DNA of 33,923 bases from Psammoneis japonica (GCA_008632985.1 QPGO01000390.1:1-33923); one strand, 5' to 3'; counted from the stretch's first letter, positions 1 to 10,811 are shown. Notes: generated by a model from the sequence alone, not told the origin. A program made the numbers and translations.

Positions 1-2500
1 ATTCTGTGTGCAAGCTCTGCAGTGGGAAAATTTCATCAGTGTGTGTTTTTGTCTTCACTGTCAAACAAACACCAAAATTTGCAGTGCATTTTTTACACCT
101 GCCCATGCTCAAAGTTTTAGAAAATTGGCCTGCCCCACGCCAATCTTGAGGGGGGTCATTTGCCACTTTGTTCAGCTTGAATTCGGCCAAATGGCTCGTG
201 ATTTGCATGATTTTTTCTGAATTTGACCACAGTTCATCATGGCAAAAACATCAAGCCACAAGTCTGTGATGGAGGTGGGCCATCTGTCAACTCTCATTTG
301 TTTTACATTTGTTGTGTTTTAAAGGTCACACACTCATCAAATGTTTGAGGATGGACCACTGCATTTTGGGGAAATGCTGACATTGCCGTCATTCATCATT
401 CTTGTGCTTTGACCACTGTGTCTGATGCTCTCATTTTTGTGCACGATCAGGGGTGGATGCAAACAATTTTTGCACTCAAAAACAAAAACACTGCAAATGT
501 CCCCTTGTTCAAATGCAATGACAATTCCAGGACAAATGTGGGGATGACCCCCCTTGAGACATTTGCGAATGGCGCAGAAGAAAAAACATTGAAAGTTGTT
601 GAATGGATCGCCCAACAGTTGCACTGCAAAATGATGCAAAATTCCACAAAAGTAAAGTGGACATGCACGTGCATGACACACGGCGCAATCCAAAAAACTG
701 TCGACATCAGCACTTGTTTTCCATTGTTGAGATGGTGGATTTTTGGATTGTGTGCTTTGTGGCTGCACATGGGGTCATGCACAAACAACTCACCCCCCCC
801 TTGTTTCCCACACCTGACAAGGACAATCACATGATGCAAGCCCTGATCATTGCCACATTGTCAAAAATCCATGTCCAATGGCTGCAATCATTGGCTGGAA
901 TGTTTTGCATGGTCATTTGCAGCAGGAGCCTGGGAGCCTTCTTTTGAAGCCCTCATCTTGTGTGCACCTGAAGTGACAGAGGAGCTCATTCAATGCAAAT
1001 GATGGGCCCTTTGTTTTTCTGATGTCAAGCTTCTTCCCAAGACAAAATCCCTTTGTTGTTGTCTTTGTGGACTGCACCATGTGGTCACACAAACCAAGTT
1101 CTGTCTGCAGTCAAAGTTGTTGACAACCAGGCTCTCAGTTGCCCTCGTCAACTCCTGGAGCTTGTGCTCAGTTGTTGTTGCGCCATTGCACAAAACTGGG
1201 AGCTGTGTCATCTGCATCATCTGGCTGATTCTTGAAGTTCTCTTGTCAACAAAGCCTGTCACAGGACAGGAAAGTTGACAATGCATGTCTCTCCCCTTGG
1301 AGTCACATGAAACAGCAGACCCCCGCCTTTGTTTCCTCATGCCTCAAGACAGCGAGATCAATTTGTGAAACACAGGCAGGCCACCTCCTTGCACAACCAC
1401 CATCAATCCACATCAACTCTCCAAATCATCCAAAAAAGCATCTTCATTGCTTCAGCTCAACTCCCTCAAAAAAGCTGACAGTGCTGTTGGCCTCCTTTCT
1501 CTCCATGTCCTTGTTGAGGCTGATCACCACACAGAGAGGGCAGCTGCGGCAAAGCTTGAGAAGTGGGTCCACGTGCCTTGATTTGTTCCCAGCTTGGCAC
1601 ATGGCATCATGAGCATCTGGACAGGAGGCTGCAAAGAATGCTTCTTTGGACAGTCAATCTTGAAAATCCACACATGCCCATGCCTGGTGTTCTGTTTCTG
1701 CTTGGGGGGTTGCTTGCGTGGGCTGCAACGGTGCAGGTTGGCCCTGGAGGTGGGTGTGCAAGAGACCTCAATTGTGCTCCCTCCAGCACCTTCTTGAAAA
1801 TGCCATTGTTGACAGCACTGTTCCTTTCAAGATTGACAGCAGCAGCACGGGTTGCATGTTGCTTTCCTTTGGCCCAGCATTGCCAGGCCCAGGTGCAATC
1901 ATGCACTTGTTGATTTCCTTCAACTCTCATCCACACAGTTGGCCCATCCTTGAATTGGCGGTTTCCTCTGAGTTCAATGAAACAATTTGACCATTGAGGT
2001 GCCATTGTTCAAAGTCTTTGCAGACAAACAGAGAAGCCCAAGAACATTGTGGATGTCTTTCTCTCTAAAATTTTTGATCTTAACTCCATGTTCACACAGA
2101 CGATGAGACATCATGCACAGCCATCCAGCAAAAATGAAAACGTGCTGTTGCCAGGGGATTCCCATCTCTGAAGTGATTGTGACGTCACACGCAGAATCAC
2201 GTGCGCTCTGGCACAAAATCGAGTGATGATCACTCGACCCAATTCTCCTTTTGTCACACCAGGCATCACAGCTTTCTACAGAATTGTCATCCACTGGATT
2301 TCCGCTGCGTGATTTTTCCACATCGCTTGGTGCAAATGGGTTGAGCAGACTGCAGGCAACATGCAATCAACCGTTGCGTTGAGAAAACAGCCGTCAATGA
2401 ATGGACGTCTCTTCCACAAGTGCAACATTCTTTCCTTGCAAGGTCGTTTGTCAACAATCACTTGGCACATTTCTCCTCACAAAAAGTTAACAAAATTGTG
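1..2500. other. Unidentified degenerate, hypermutated sequence (probable repeat or gene relic)
   Basis: Both TA and CG are strongly depleted. Fragmentary minus-strand ORFs (447-839, 990-1340, 1607-2005) carry no motif I recognise. Confidence 0.35.
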
Positions 2501-2638
2501 GTTCTCAACACAACCGTTCATAAAAATTCACACAAAGTGTCTAAAAGAAGAAGACGATTGTACATTTAAGAGGATTCTTCTTGGTCTTCGTCATCAGAAT
2601 CACTGTCAGCCAAAGAGTTTTGAAGCTTTGATTTGAGG

Positions 2639-5424
2639 TCATTGAGGTCGCGCCTTTTTCTGAACGCAAATAGAGTCGAGATGTTCTTTGGTGACTTTCA
2701 TCTCTTTAAGGGCATCCTTCTTCACTTCAATGCTCTTCCCTGACAAACCGGTGTTTGGACAAACCAGCCGAATCAAGATCTTCAGCTCATCTCCCTTCAA
2801 CGTCTCGTGCGCACTGCACTGAGGCACAGTGGAGCGCAGTGCATCAAACTCATCGAGCACTTTCGATTGTTTGGCGATGTCAGCCTTCAGTTTCGTTTGC
2901 TCTGCCTCACCAACCTTGATCATCCTTGTCTTGGTGCGGCGCATGGCAACAATTGCATTCTCACCTTGTGCTGTCTTGACAACGGCTCCACGTCTCTTCT
3001 TTTTGGGCGGTTGCTCGGAAGCACCTGCTGCATCGGCAATCGCATCCTTTCGCTTGAAACCGGCAAGCACGTTGGACATCGTTGCATGCGTTGCGATGCT
3101 GACAGCATTTGCACCACTGCTGTTTACCTCTGCTTCAAAGCCGGCAATCAAGGCCACACATGGTTTCTCAATCATCTCTTTCAATTGCAAAAAATCCTGA
3201 AAAGAAAAGCTCTCACCAATTGTTTTCCCTTGCTCTTGTTGACACCAGACTCCAAACATTTCGTCGCGCTGTTCCGCAGCCTTCTGTTTTGCAGCTTCGA
3301 TTGATGCTGTCTGCTCTCTCTGTCTCTGTTGCCTTTTGTGGAGATGCTCTCTTCTGGTTGCAGCAGGATCTTTCAGAAATTTTTTGGGGTCGACGCGGCA
3401 GTTAGAAGCATCCAGCAAGTTGCTCTCGGCCACGATGCGCTCAGTCCCATCTTCCAGTGCCAGCTTCCAATTTTGATTGCCTTGGAGCGTGACAACTCCA
3501 TCAAAGGTTGCACCAGTGGGATCAAAAAATTGCACTTCAATGGCATCAATGAAAGGTTGCACCGAACACAGTGCCACTGCAGTCCAATCTCGCGCACGCT
3601 CCTCTTTCGTCTTTTCCACCGCACGAGGCAGTGATGCCGCATCAGGCAAGTGACATTGTACAAGTTGCATTGCCAGTTCTTCTTGTTTGCTTGTTGGCTC
3701 TGGTTTCTCACTCTTGCGCTCTTTGTCCTCTCTCCATTTTGCCAACATTGATTTTGCCACTGGCATCACGACATCCAGGTCATGCAGCAGCAGGTTGTCG
3801 TCGTCGTCGTCGTCGCAGCCCTCGCGGAGAATCTTTCTTGATCTCTCAGAAACGGCAATTCGGTTGTCAGGTGGGAGAGGCTCAATTTCCCACTCTCGTT
3901 TTTGTTGCTCTTGTGCTTGTTCTTCCTTTTCTCTTTGCGATTCTAGGGCGAGTTCGTGTGCGGTCCCCATTGTCTCTGGCACTTCCGTCCACGCAATGCA
4001 ATCAGGGTTGATTGGCTCGAGAGTCCGGTTTCCTTCCAGGCGCTTGTGCAGACATTGCTTCCTTTGGACAAGAGCTCAGCCTTCTCGGCTTCAAGGTGAG
4101 ATTTCCAAGCGGCGAGAAAAACTCGGTTTGTCAACCGCACTCCTTTTGCAAGACCGCTCTTGTGCCCAACCCTCTTTGCCTCTTCCTCGATCTTGGCATG
4201 CAGGCGTTTGTTGACACCTCGATCGTTTGGTTGCGTCCAGATGGATGTGTGAGATGGCAGAAAAAAAACAACAGACGTTGTGTTCCCAGAAACACTTGAG
4301 AGCAGCGTAGCACCAATGCGAGGCGTGTCCGTTGAGAAGCAGCATCGTGGCGTTCCTCATTCGTTCCTCGTCTGTCGTGTGGCTTGTTTTTCCTTGACCC
4401 TTGGGAAGGTTCTTGCAGTGATGAATGGCAAAATCGAGCATTGTGTCTTTCTCCATGCTTCCGTTTGTGGTGGTCCGGACATCAAAGCCGTGCGGGTTGT
4501 CGCTGAACTTGGCGTTGGGGTTGGGATTTGCTGGGGCGAGGCCGTCAAGATGCATTTCACCAACAGCAGTCTCGTCTTCTGGAGCATTGATGTGGTTGGA
4601 GTCATTGGTCTTCTTCTTGGATTTGGAGGCATGCACAAGGAACGGCGAGGCTCCTTCAATTTCTTGGCATGGAATTGCATTGATGCCTGTGGAGGCGGAA
4701 GGGCACAAGGCAAGTGCACTCAACAATTGTCCAGAGCAAGGCAGCAACAAGGATAAAGTGGCACCCCTTTGCTCACCATCTGCTCTAGAAGCAACACACA
4801 TGGCAAGATGATGGCTCATTTTCCCGTCACCCTCGGGAGTCCTCTGAAAAATCCGCAGCTTCTTCATCACCTCCTTGAACACTGGTGCTTTCTTGCGGCA
4901 TTTTGCAGTGTCCATTGCAACTTCATCCATGTTGCATTTTCTAAAAACCTCAAGCTTCTCAATGCAATCAACATCAATTTTACCTGCAGCATGGAGATGC
5001 TTCACAAAAGACTGCAACTTTGCAAAACATGCGTCCCGAACCTCTTTCGTCCCCTGCTCAGCACGAATTGGGTCCAAACTTGAAGCTGAAGCTAGTTTTG
5101 CTAGCTTTGGATGGCATTGGAGCATGGAGCACACAAAACAATCAGACACAGACGGCTTTTCACGCTCATCAATGAACTCATTTGTCAAGTCATTCACAAT
5201 CTCAAGAACAGTGTCCTTTGACACCCCGTGTCCCATCTGACCCAACCAGCAGCAAACTTCAACAACATGCTTCTCTTCGTCGTCAGCAAGAATCCCATTT
5301 CCCTTGTGCAAGGCAGTGATTGCCTCCTTTGCCTTCTTGTCTTTCACTCCAAAAAAGTTGCAAATGGCTTCTTGTGCTTTCTCCACTGAAGCTTTTTCTT
5401 GACAAAGATGACGAAGTCCACTTT
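2639..5424 (-). pseudogene. pogo/Tc1-mariner superfamily DDE transposase pseudogene (CENP-B-like HTH + DDE_1 + long charged C-terminus)
   Basis: Motifs in order: CNMDE (=YNMDE), ASRADG, NGSM, LLLNGHASH (=LLLDGHxS). After a frameshift in the A-run at ~4261-4268 come LPSHTSIWTQPND and AWKETGL; a second frameshift at ~4010 leads into ORF 2639-3982. Probable in-frame 90-nt GT-AG intron at 4776-4687. The N-terminus appears cut at the junction with the Penelope-like element. Confidence 0.85.
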
Positions 5425-5501
5425 TGCCATGGGGTTTACAAATGTACAACACACCTGTAGCACTGACAAGACTTCAGTTGTCTTGCCCAACTTGCAAAGC
5501 T
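5425..5501. repeat. 77-bp direct repeat, copy 1 (3' pseudo-LTR portion)
   Basis: TGCCATGGGGTTTACAAATGTACAAC...CTTGCAAAGCT matches 9357-9433 with 6 substitutions. Confidence 0.9.
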
Positions 5502-5547
5502 TTGACGACAACAAGCTTTCGCTTTCGCTTCATCAGTGCAGTTGGCA
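5484..5547 (-). ncRNA. Type I hammerhead ribozyme (extra A between A9 and G10.1)
   Basis: Minus strand reads ugccaac-ugca-CUGAUGA-a-gc(gaaa)gc-GAAA-gcuu..aagc-U-U-ugca-aguugggca. It has the conserved core boxes, a 2-bp stem II with GNRA loop, a 5-bp stem III and an extended stem I. Predicted cleavage is between 5497 and 5496. Confidence 0.75.
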
Positions 5548-5909
5548 TTTTTCCTTGCAAGCTAAAAAAGTCGAGATTGGCACTTTGAACGGTTCTGAGG
5601 GCGGCAGCTGCCGTGAGACCGTCAGGGAGATGCCAAGTGTGCATTTGCATGTGAAGCGCACAAAGCACGCTTGTCTTAGCCCAAAACTCCAGTGGAGAAA
5701 AAGTGGGAGTCCAGGTTTCAGGTGGTGTTCCTGAGCCCAGACACTGAGACAATAAAAAGAGACCAACTGCATGGTGGGTGGTGATTGGGGTTTGGTGTGA
5801 CCCCAATTCAAAAAAACTCAAATGGGCGCAAGCCGAAGTGCCGCAGGCACGGAAGGCAGCCCATTTGAGTTTTTTGCCGGAGGTGAGTCGTCGCGACGGC
5901 GTCGCCGAT

Positions 5910-8083
5910 TCAGTGCTCCGGTGTGAGCATCTCCATGTAATTTGATGCCCGCTGCCCTTCAGGTTCATTGAGGCATGTGTTCATGAGTGCATCTCTGAGG
6001 TTTGGTGGCCTGGAGTGTGCTGTCACGAACCTGCTGAATCCTGCACATCCTTCTAGAGTTGCTTTGTGGGCACGTCTAATGGATGCTCGGGGTGTTCCTC
6101 TTGGGTGATGTTCCCGGTGGAAGAACAAGGCTGAGGTGGGTTCGGCAGCGGCAGTGGAGGTGGGTTGCTGAGAGGGTCCGTCTGACCACTCTGCAGCTTC
6201 CATGAACAGCTTCTGGATGGTCTGCATGTTGTGTCCTCTTTGATGGAGGCGTGTGGCGAAGTTCTTTGCTGCGTTGATGCAGTCGCGAACGTCGGTGTTT
6301 TGCATCCAGAATCGTCGGAGGTTGCCATGCACAATGCTTTTCAACACTCCAGGTGCGTGTGCAGAGCTGGGTGGGATGTGTGGGAAAAGGTTCATTGGTT
6401 TTTGGCAGGTGCTGGCAGCCACTCGGTTGTCTGCTCCAATTCGGACATTTAAATCCAGGAAGACGCTTTGGTGGAGAGTGGGGAGGCAATCCATTGGAGG
6501 GGTCCTGAGTTGTTCAGTTCTTCTTTGAATTGCTCCCAAGTTTCGTCATTGTCTCCTTGTGCCATCCATGCACCAAGCATGTCGTCGATGAATCGTCCGC
6601 AGCAGCGGAGGTTTTCGGAGAACTGGGCTTGAAGCACTTGTCTTTCGTGGAGGGCCTTGTACAGGGCAGCGCACATGCAGGCTGTGCTCGTTCCCATTGC
6701 AGTTCCACTGGTTTGCAGCCAGCATGTGTCATCAAATTGGATGATGTTCCGGGTCATCACTGTCTTTAGGGTGGTGAGGAAGAATTGTTTTGGGAAGCCT
6801 GGGGGCATTTCATTTGGGCATTCCTTGAACCAGTCTTCAAAAACTCCAAGTGCATGGTTGGTGTCGATGTTGGCGCACATGCCAACGGCATCAACAGCAA
6901 ACAGTTTGGCGCCAGGTGGCAGCTCACCAAGTGCTCGTAGGTCGGACAAGACTTGATGTGAGTCTCGCATGTAGGACCGGGAGAGGGACAGCAGCTTTTT
7001 CATTTGTTTGTCAAGCCACTTCGAAAACATCTCATTGAAGCCACTTGCACAGCTCACGACAGGTCTTGTTTGCCAAGGGGTCTTGTGCACCTTAATCGTG
7101 ATGTAGAACAGTGGGAGACGGTGGGGCAGCTTGAAGCTGCGGGCAAAGTGGGTGCACTCTGCTGCGCTCAGATCGTGTTTTGCCGTGTTGCAGGCATTCA
7201 TGAGCTGGTGCTTGGTTTGTTGTAAGAGCTGGGTTTTTCTTGCTGGGGTGAGGCACTGGCAGTTTTGTTCGTTGAGAAGGTGGTCTTGCAGGGCTCTCGA
7301 CATGTGTGTCTTCCATTCCACAATGACAGGTCCGAGGTTTTTGTCACTCAGACAGACTGTAAAACGCGTGTCGTTCTTCAGGGCATGGAGCAGGCGGTGT
7401 TGTCTTGGGTTGAGGTTGTGCCATTTTCTGCCGGCCGCGGCTTGGTGGCTCATGCGGTCAATGCAGTTGGCAAAGTCCATCATTCGGAGTTCAACACTGC
7501 CTTCTTCAATTTGCGGCGGTTCCCAATGTGACTTGACGCACAATCCGGGGATGTGTCCATCATCGGTGGCAGGGTTTTCCGCATTGGCGATGAAGTGGCA
7601 CAGGCGGATGGAGCGTTGCAGCCGTTCTGTTCCATCTGCCTCCTTGGTTGAGGGTCGGGCTCGTTCTGTGCAGAACTTGTGTCCAAGGCCAAGGAGTGTT
7701 GCTAGACTGGGTGGTGGTTTTGTGGTCGTGCAAAGGTTGTGGTGGCCCAGGTCACTTGGGCGGCTGAAGCATTCGACTGGTTTTTGGTTGCCGAGGGCGG
7801 TGACAGCATTTTGCCAGGGAGTGCAGTTGGGGTTTGGCACAAAGCCGCAGGTGCGCAGGCAGCAGCTGTCGGATTGGGCGTTGGCGGTGTCAAGCGGCTG
7901 TTGGGCGTTTAAGCACGTGAGTTTCGCTTCCTTCGCTGCTTGTTGTTTCTTGATTCTTTTTGCCCGCCGTTGCGCGGTGCGCCTTGGTTTCCTTTTCCGT
8001 TTCTTTTTTGTTGGGAGGGCTTGTGGGTGCGCCATTGCTTCTTGCTTGGGGGACCGTTGTGCTTTGTTCCGGTGTTGCGGCAT
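5910..8083 (-). pseudogene. Penelope-like reverse transcriptase (ORF2), frameshifted near 6470
   Basis: DKNLG, KVHK..RPVVS, AVDAVGMCANI, QTSGTAMGT, GRFIDD, then FLDL, TCQKPMNLFPHIPPSSAH, RLHQRGH, HSRPPNLRD. Expected Tyr positions are occupied by Cys/His. Confidence 0.9.
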
Positions 8084-9341
8084 GGTGTTGTGGCATCTTT
8101 TCCGGCCGGCAGGGCTTTCCGGTCGCCCACATCGTTTTTTCGTTTCTGTCCTTTCTCTTGGTTTTGCTTTTGTTTCTTCACTGACTTTGCTGCATGCTTG
8201 GTGATGGCCGGTGGTTTTTGTTTGAATTTGTTGTCCACTGCTTGTTGCACAAGTTGCTGCAGAGTCGCTGGGGTTGCTGTCGGCTCTTGTTCCAGCGCGG
8301 TTGCTGTGGCCTGGGCGGCGGCTCGTTTCTCATGGGAGTTCCAGTGAGCCTTGACTTGTGCATCTGCTCAGCCAAGTTCATGCTCGTAGTTGATCTTGTT
8401 TTGGAGCGTCGTGGTCATCTCTTCGAAGGTGTTCTTGTAATTTAGCCACATTCTGATGCACTCGTAGATTCTCGTTTCTGAATCGGTGAATCTGCAGTCA
8501 GCTGGTTCGGCACGCGTGGTGTTCGTTGTGCCGGTGGCTGTTGCATCAGCACCTGCATTTGTAGTTTCAGCTGCTGCTGTTGTGGCGGCTGCTGTGGTTG
8601 GTGCTGCTTGGTTGTCTTCGGGTGCATCTGTGGTGAGGTGCAGCAGAATTTCTTGGAGAGTGCCTTCTCTCTGTGTTCTTGTGGGTGGGCAGTGAAGAAA
8701 GTGTCGGGTGGCAATTTTTTGGCGTGTCACAGTGGGCACAGGCCTCCCAGTTGTCGCCAGGTGTTCTTGGCAGCACCCTTTCCACGTGCCATGCAACAAA
8801 ACACGCAGTGTTCGAAGAGCTCAAGGCTGGCATGTGTGAATGTAGTTGCTCGCTCAGCTTTCGCTGTGTCGAGTTCACGTTCCGCCATTTTGTGCATGAG
8901 TTTCGCACCTTTCTCTTGGAAGTCCGAAAGTGGCTCTTGAAATTCACCAATGAGCTCCCCAGCTTTGGTGTCGTCGTTGAGCTTGTTGCCATGTTGCAGT
9001 TCAAGGTTCTCAAACCTTAGACTGCGAGGGACGAAGGGATTTTCTGGATCGCCGGTGAAGGCGGATGCGCTCTTCTCTCGAAGTTGTGCTTGAGTGCTGG
9101 CAGCGATCATGTGTGTCACCAGTGACTCGATGGCGTCCTGCAGTCCTGCTGGCTGCTTCTCAATCAATTCCCGGCATGGTTCGAGCATGTCTTTTTTGTC
9201 TTTTTTGCATTGCTCGGCTGCTGTTGGGGTTGCCTGCTGTGGTTGTTCTTGAGTGGCAAAGGTAACTGCACGCACCGCTGCCACGGTTTCGCTGTCTTTT
9301 GCAGGCGTGATGGGATTGGAAGCACTGGTGGTTGTCATCAT
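7909..9341 (-). pseudogene. Penelope-like element ORF1 (helical/coiled-coil, Lys-rich C-terminus), disrupted
   Basis: Chain of ORFs 8727-9341, 8368-8799 and 7909-8250. The last two are in frame across one TGA at 8368-8370. It overlaps the start of the RT ORF. Confidence 0.55.
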
Positions 9342-9356
9342 TCTTTGGACATGCAC

Positions 9357-9433
9357 TGCCACGGGGTTTGCAAATGTGCAACACACCTGTGGCACTGACA
9401 AGACTTCAGTTGTCTTGCCTGACTTGCAAAGCT
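9357..9433. repeat. 77-bp direct repeat, copy 2 (5' end of the Penelope-like element)
   Basis: Matches 5425-5501; all differences fall at pyrimidine-purine dinucleotides. Confidence 0.9.
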
Positions 9434-10022
9434 GCGCGATTGCAATTGACCAATTGCTGCTCCGCAGTGATGCAGTCGCCTGATTGCAATCTGATTGCTG
9501 CAGAAAACTTTGCAATTAGTTGACACTGGGATGAGAGATGGAGAGACCGGAGGGAAAGATTTTTCCCTCATCTGGAACTCGACAGCAAGCTTTACTGTGG
9601 CGATTTGAATGCTAATGCTCACATCTGTTAACAGATGGTAACATAAGTTGGTCGCGTTCTGATCAGAATTTCAGCACTAGAAAAATTACGTACAATTCTA
9701 CGTGATCACTTCACACCAAATTATCATTTCAGAGATGGGATGGAATCCCCTCTAGAGCTCGTTCGCTGCGAATCTTGAATCTTCATCAGATTGAAGATGC
9801 AGTTTCCATTCCGGGACGAGGCTATCTTGTTTCGCCTCCCCATCCACCTACTAGCCACAAACACAACACTGTCCGTGCGTTAATTAGCCGATGCTCCTTG
9901 AATCTAAATGCAGACAGTTTGCTCTCTTTTCTAGATTTTGCACGCGATCATACATCTCTTCCTGTCGAATCGGAAGCCTTGACGTTCATTGTTCATTCGG
10001 TGTGCGCCATTGTCAGAAGAGA

Positions 10023-10811
10023 ATGGCAAGCAAATCGCCCGGTAGTAGCTGGCACAATGCTGAAATTTGTTCCGTCTTCAAATTGACACCGACGACTGCT
10101 GGTGTCGAGTTGAAGGTTCAGAACCAAAACGAGAAACCGTTTTCCTTTCTGCCGGGTCAGTGGGTTGATTTTTTCATTCCAAGCATCCCTAGTCATATCG
10201 GTGGGTACAGCATTACAAGCATGCCGTCCGAGTTGCCAACGTTGAGATTGGCTGTGAAAGAGAGTGATGCCAATCATCCTCCCACCAACTGGGTGTGTCG
10301 TGAGGCCAAGGCAAAGGACAGTGTAAAGATTCGAGCAGGAGGACATTTTGTTGTTCCGTCCGTAAAAGATGGAGATGGCATTCTCTTTATCGCTGGAGGT
10401 GTTGGGATCAACCCGATTTATAGCATTATGAAGCAGCTATACAAAGACATTTCTGAACGGGAGAGTGAGTCAAGACTTGCTTTACTTTATTCAGCTTGTA
10501 CAATGGAAGAGCTTTTGTTCTGGCAAGATTTGATAAAAATGCAGACGACGCTTCCGGAGCGCTTTCGAATCCTTTGTACCGTGACTCGACAATTAAAAGA
10601 GGCAAAGAATCGAGAAGGGCCCCAACATGATATTATTAGAAGCGGACGGGTAAATCACGTCATGTTGAAGGAAGCTGTTGCGTGGCTCAACAATGATGTT
10701 TCTGCTGTGTATATGTGTGGTCCGCCTGGCATGATGGAAAGCATGACGACCGTATGCCAAAATGAATTTTCTATATCACGAGACTTGATTCACTTTGAAA
10801 AGTGGTGGTAG
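10023..10811 (+). CDS. OXNAD1: Oxidoreductase NAD-binding domain-containing protein (FNR family, OXNAD1-like)
   Basis: FLPGQWVDFFIP, GGYSITS, LFIAGGVGINP, YMCGPPGM and C-terminal FEKWW. First ATG in the frame is at 10023. Confidence 0.85.
   Translation: MASKSPGSSWHNAEICSVFKLTPTTAGVELKVQNQNEKPFSFLPGQWVDFFIPSIPSHIGGYSITSMPSELPTLRLAVKESDANHPPTNWVCREAKAKDSVKIRAGGHFVVPSVKDGDGILFIAGGVGINPIYSIMKQLYKDISERESESRLALLYSACTMEELLFWQDLIKMQTTLPERFRILCTVTRQLKEAKNREGPQHDIIRSGRVNHVMLKEAVAWLNNDVSAVYMCGPPGMMESMTTVCQNEFSISRDLIHFEKWW

Larger units (their letters stand above)
5425..9433 (-). mobile_element. Penelope-like retroelement, endonuclease-deficient (Coprina-like architecture: ORF1 + RT), bounded by a 77-bp direct repeat
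   Basis: PLE-type RT and thumb motifs, an upstream overlapping ORF1, no GIY-YIG after the thumb, a hammerhead motif in the 3' region, and direct repeats at 5425-5501 and 9357-9433. Confidence 0.8.
1..9600. other. TpA-depleted (TA->TG/CA hypermutated) transposon-rich domain 1
   Basis: No TA found by eye in ~655-2065 and very few elsewhere; strong TG/CA excess; ORFs are Cys/His-rich and Tyr-poor. Normal TA frequency resumes at ~9600-9700. Confidence 0.9.

Noticed and set aside
3796..3814. (GTC)n microsatellite
   Set aside because: It simply encodes a poly-Asp tract in the transposase C-terminus.
5430..5440. Telomeric repeat at the Penelope 3' end (GGGGTTTA)
   Set aside because: Only a single imperfect unit; no array.
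5425..5545. Transposase N-terminus continuing through 5425-5545, with the 77-bp repeat as a target-site duplication
   Set aside because: Both repeat copies have a stop in that frame, the segment folds as a hammerhead, and no transposase sequence resumes beyond 9433. A pseudo-LTR fits better, though a TSD is not fully excluded.
2639..8083. Alternative genetic code or genuine Cys/His-rich metalloproteins
   Set aside because: Neighbouring host genes use Tyr normally, and TA loss also covers non-coding DNA and all codon positions.
1..9600. The many overlapping 60-350-aa ORFs in the TA-depleted domains (e.g. 7131-8204 +)
   Set aside because: They are a by-product of losing TAA/TAG stops; they are antisense or off-frame to transposon genes and carry no motifs.
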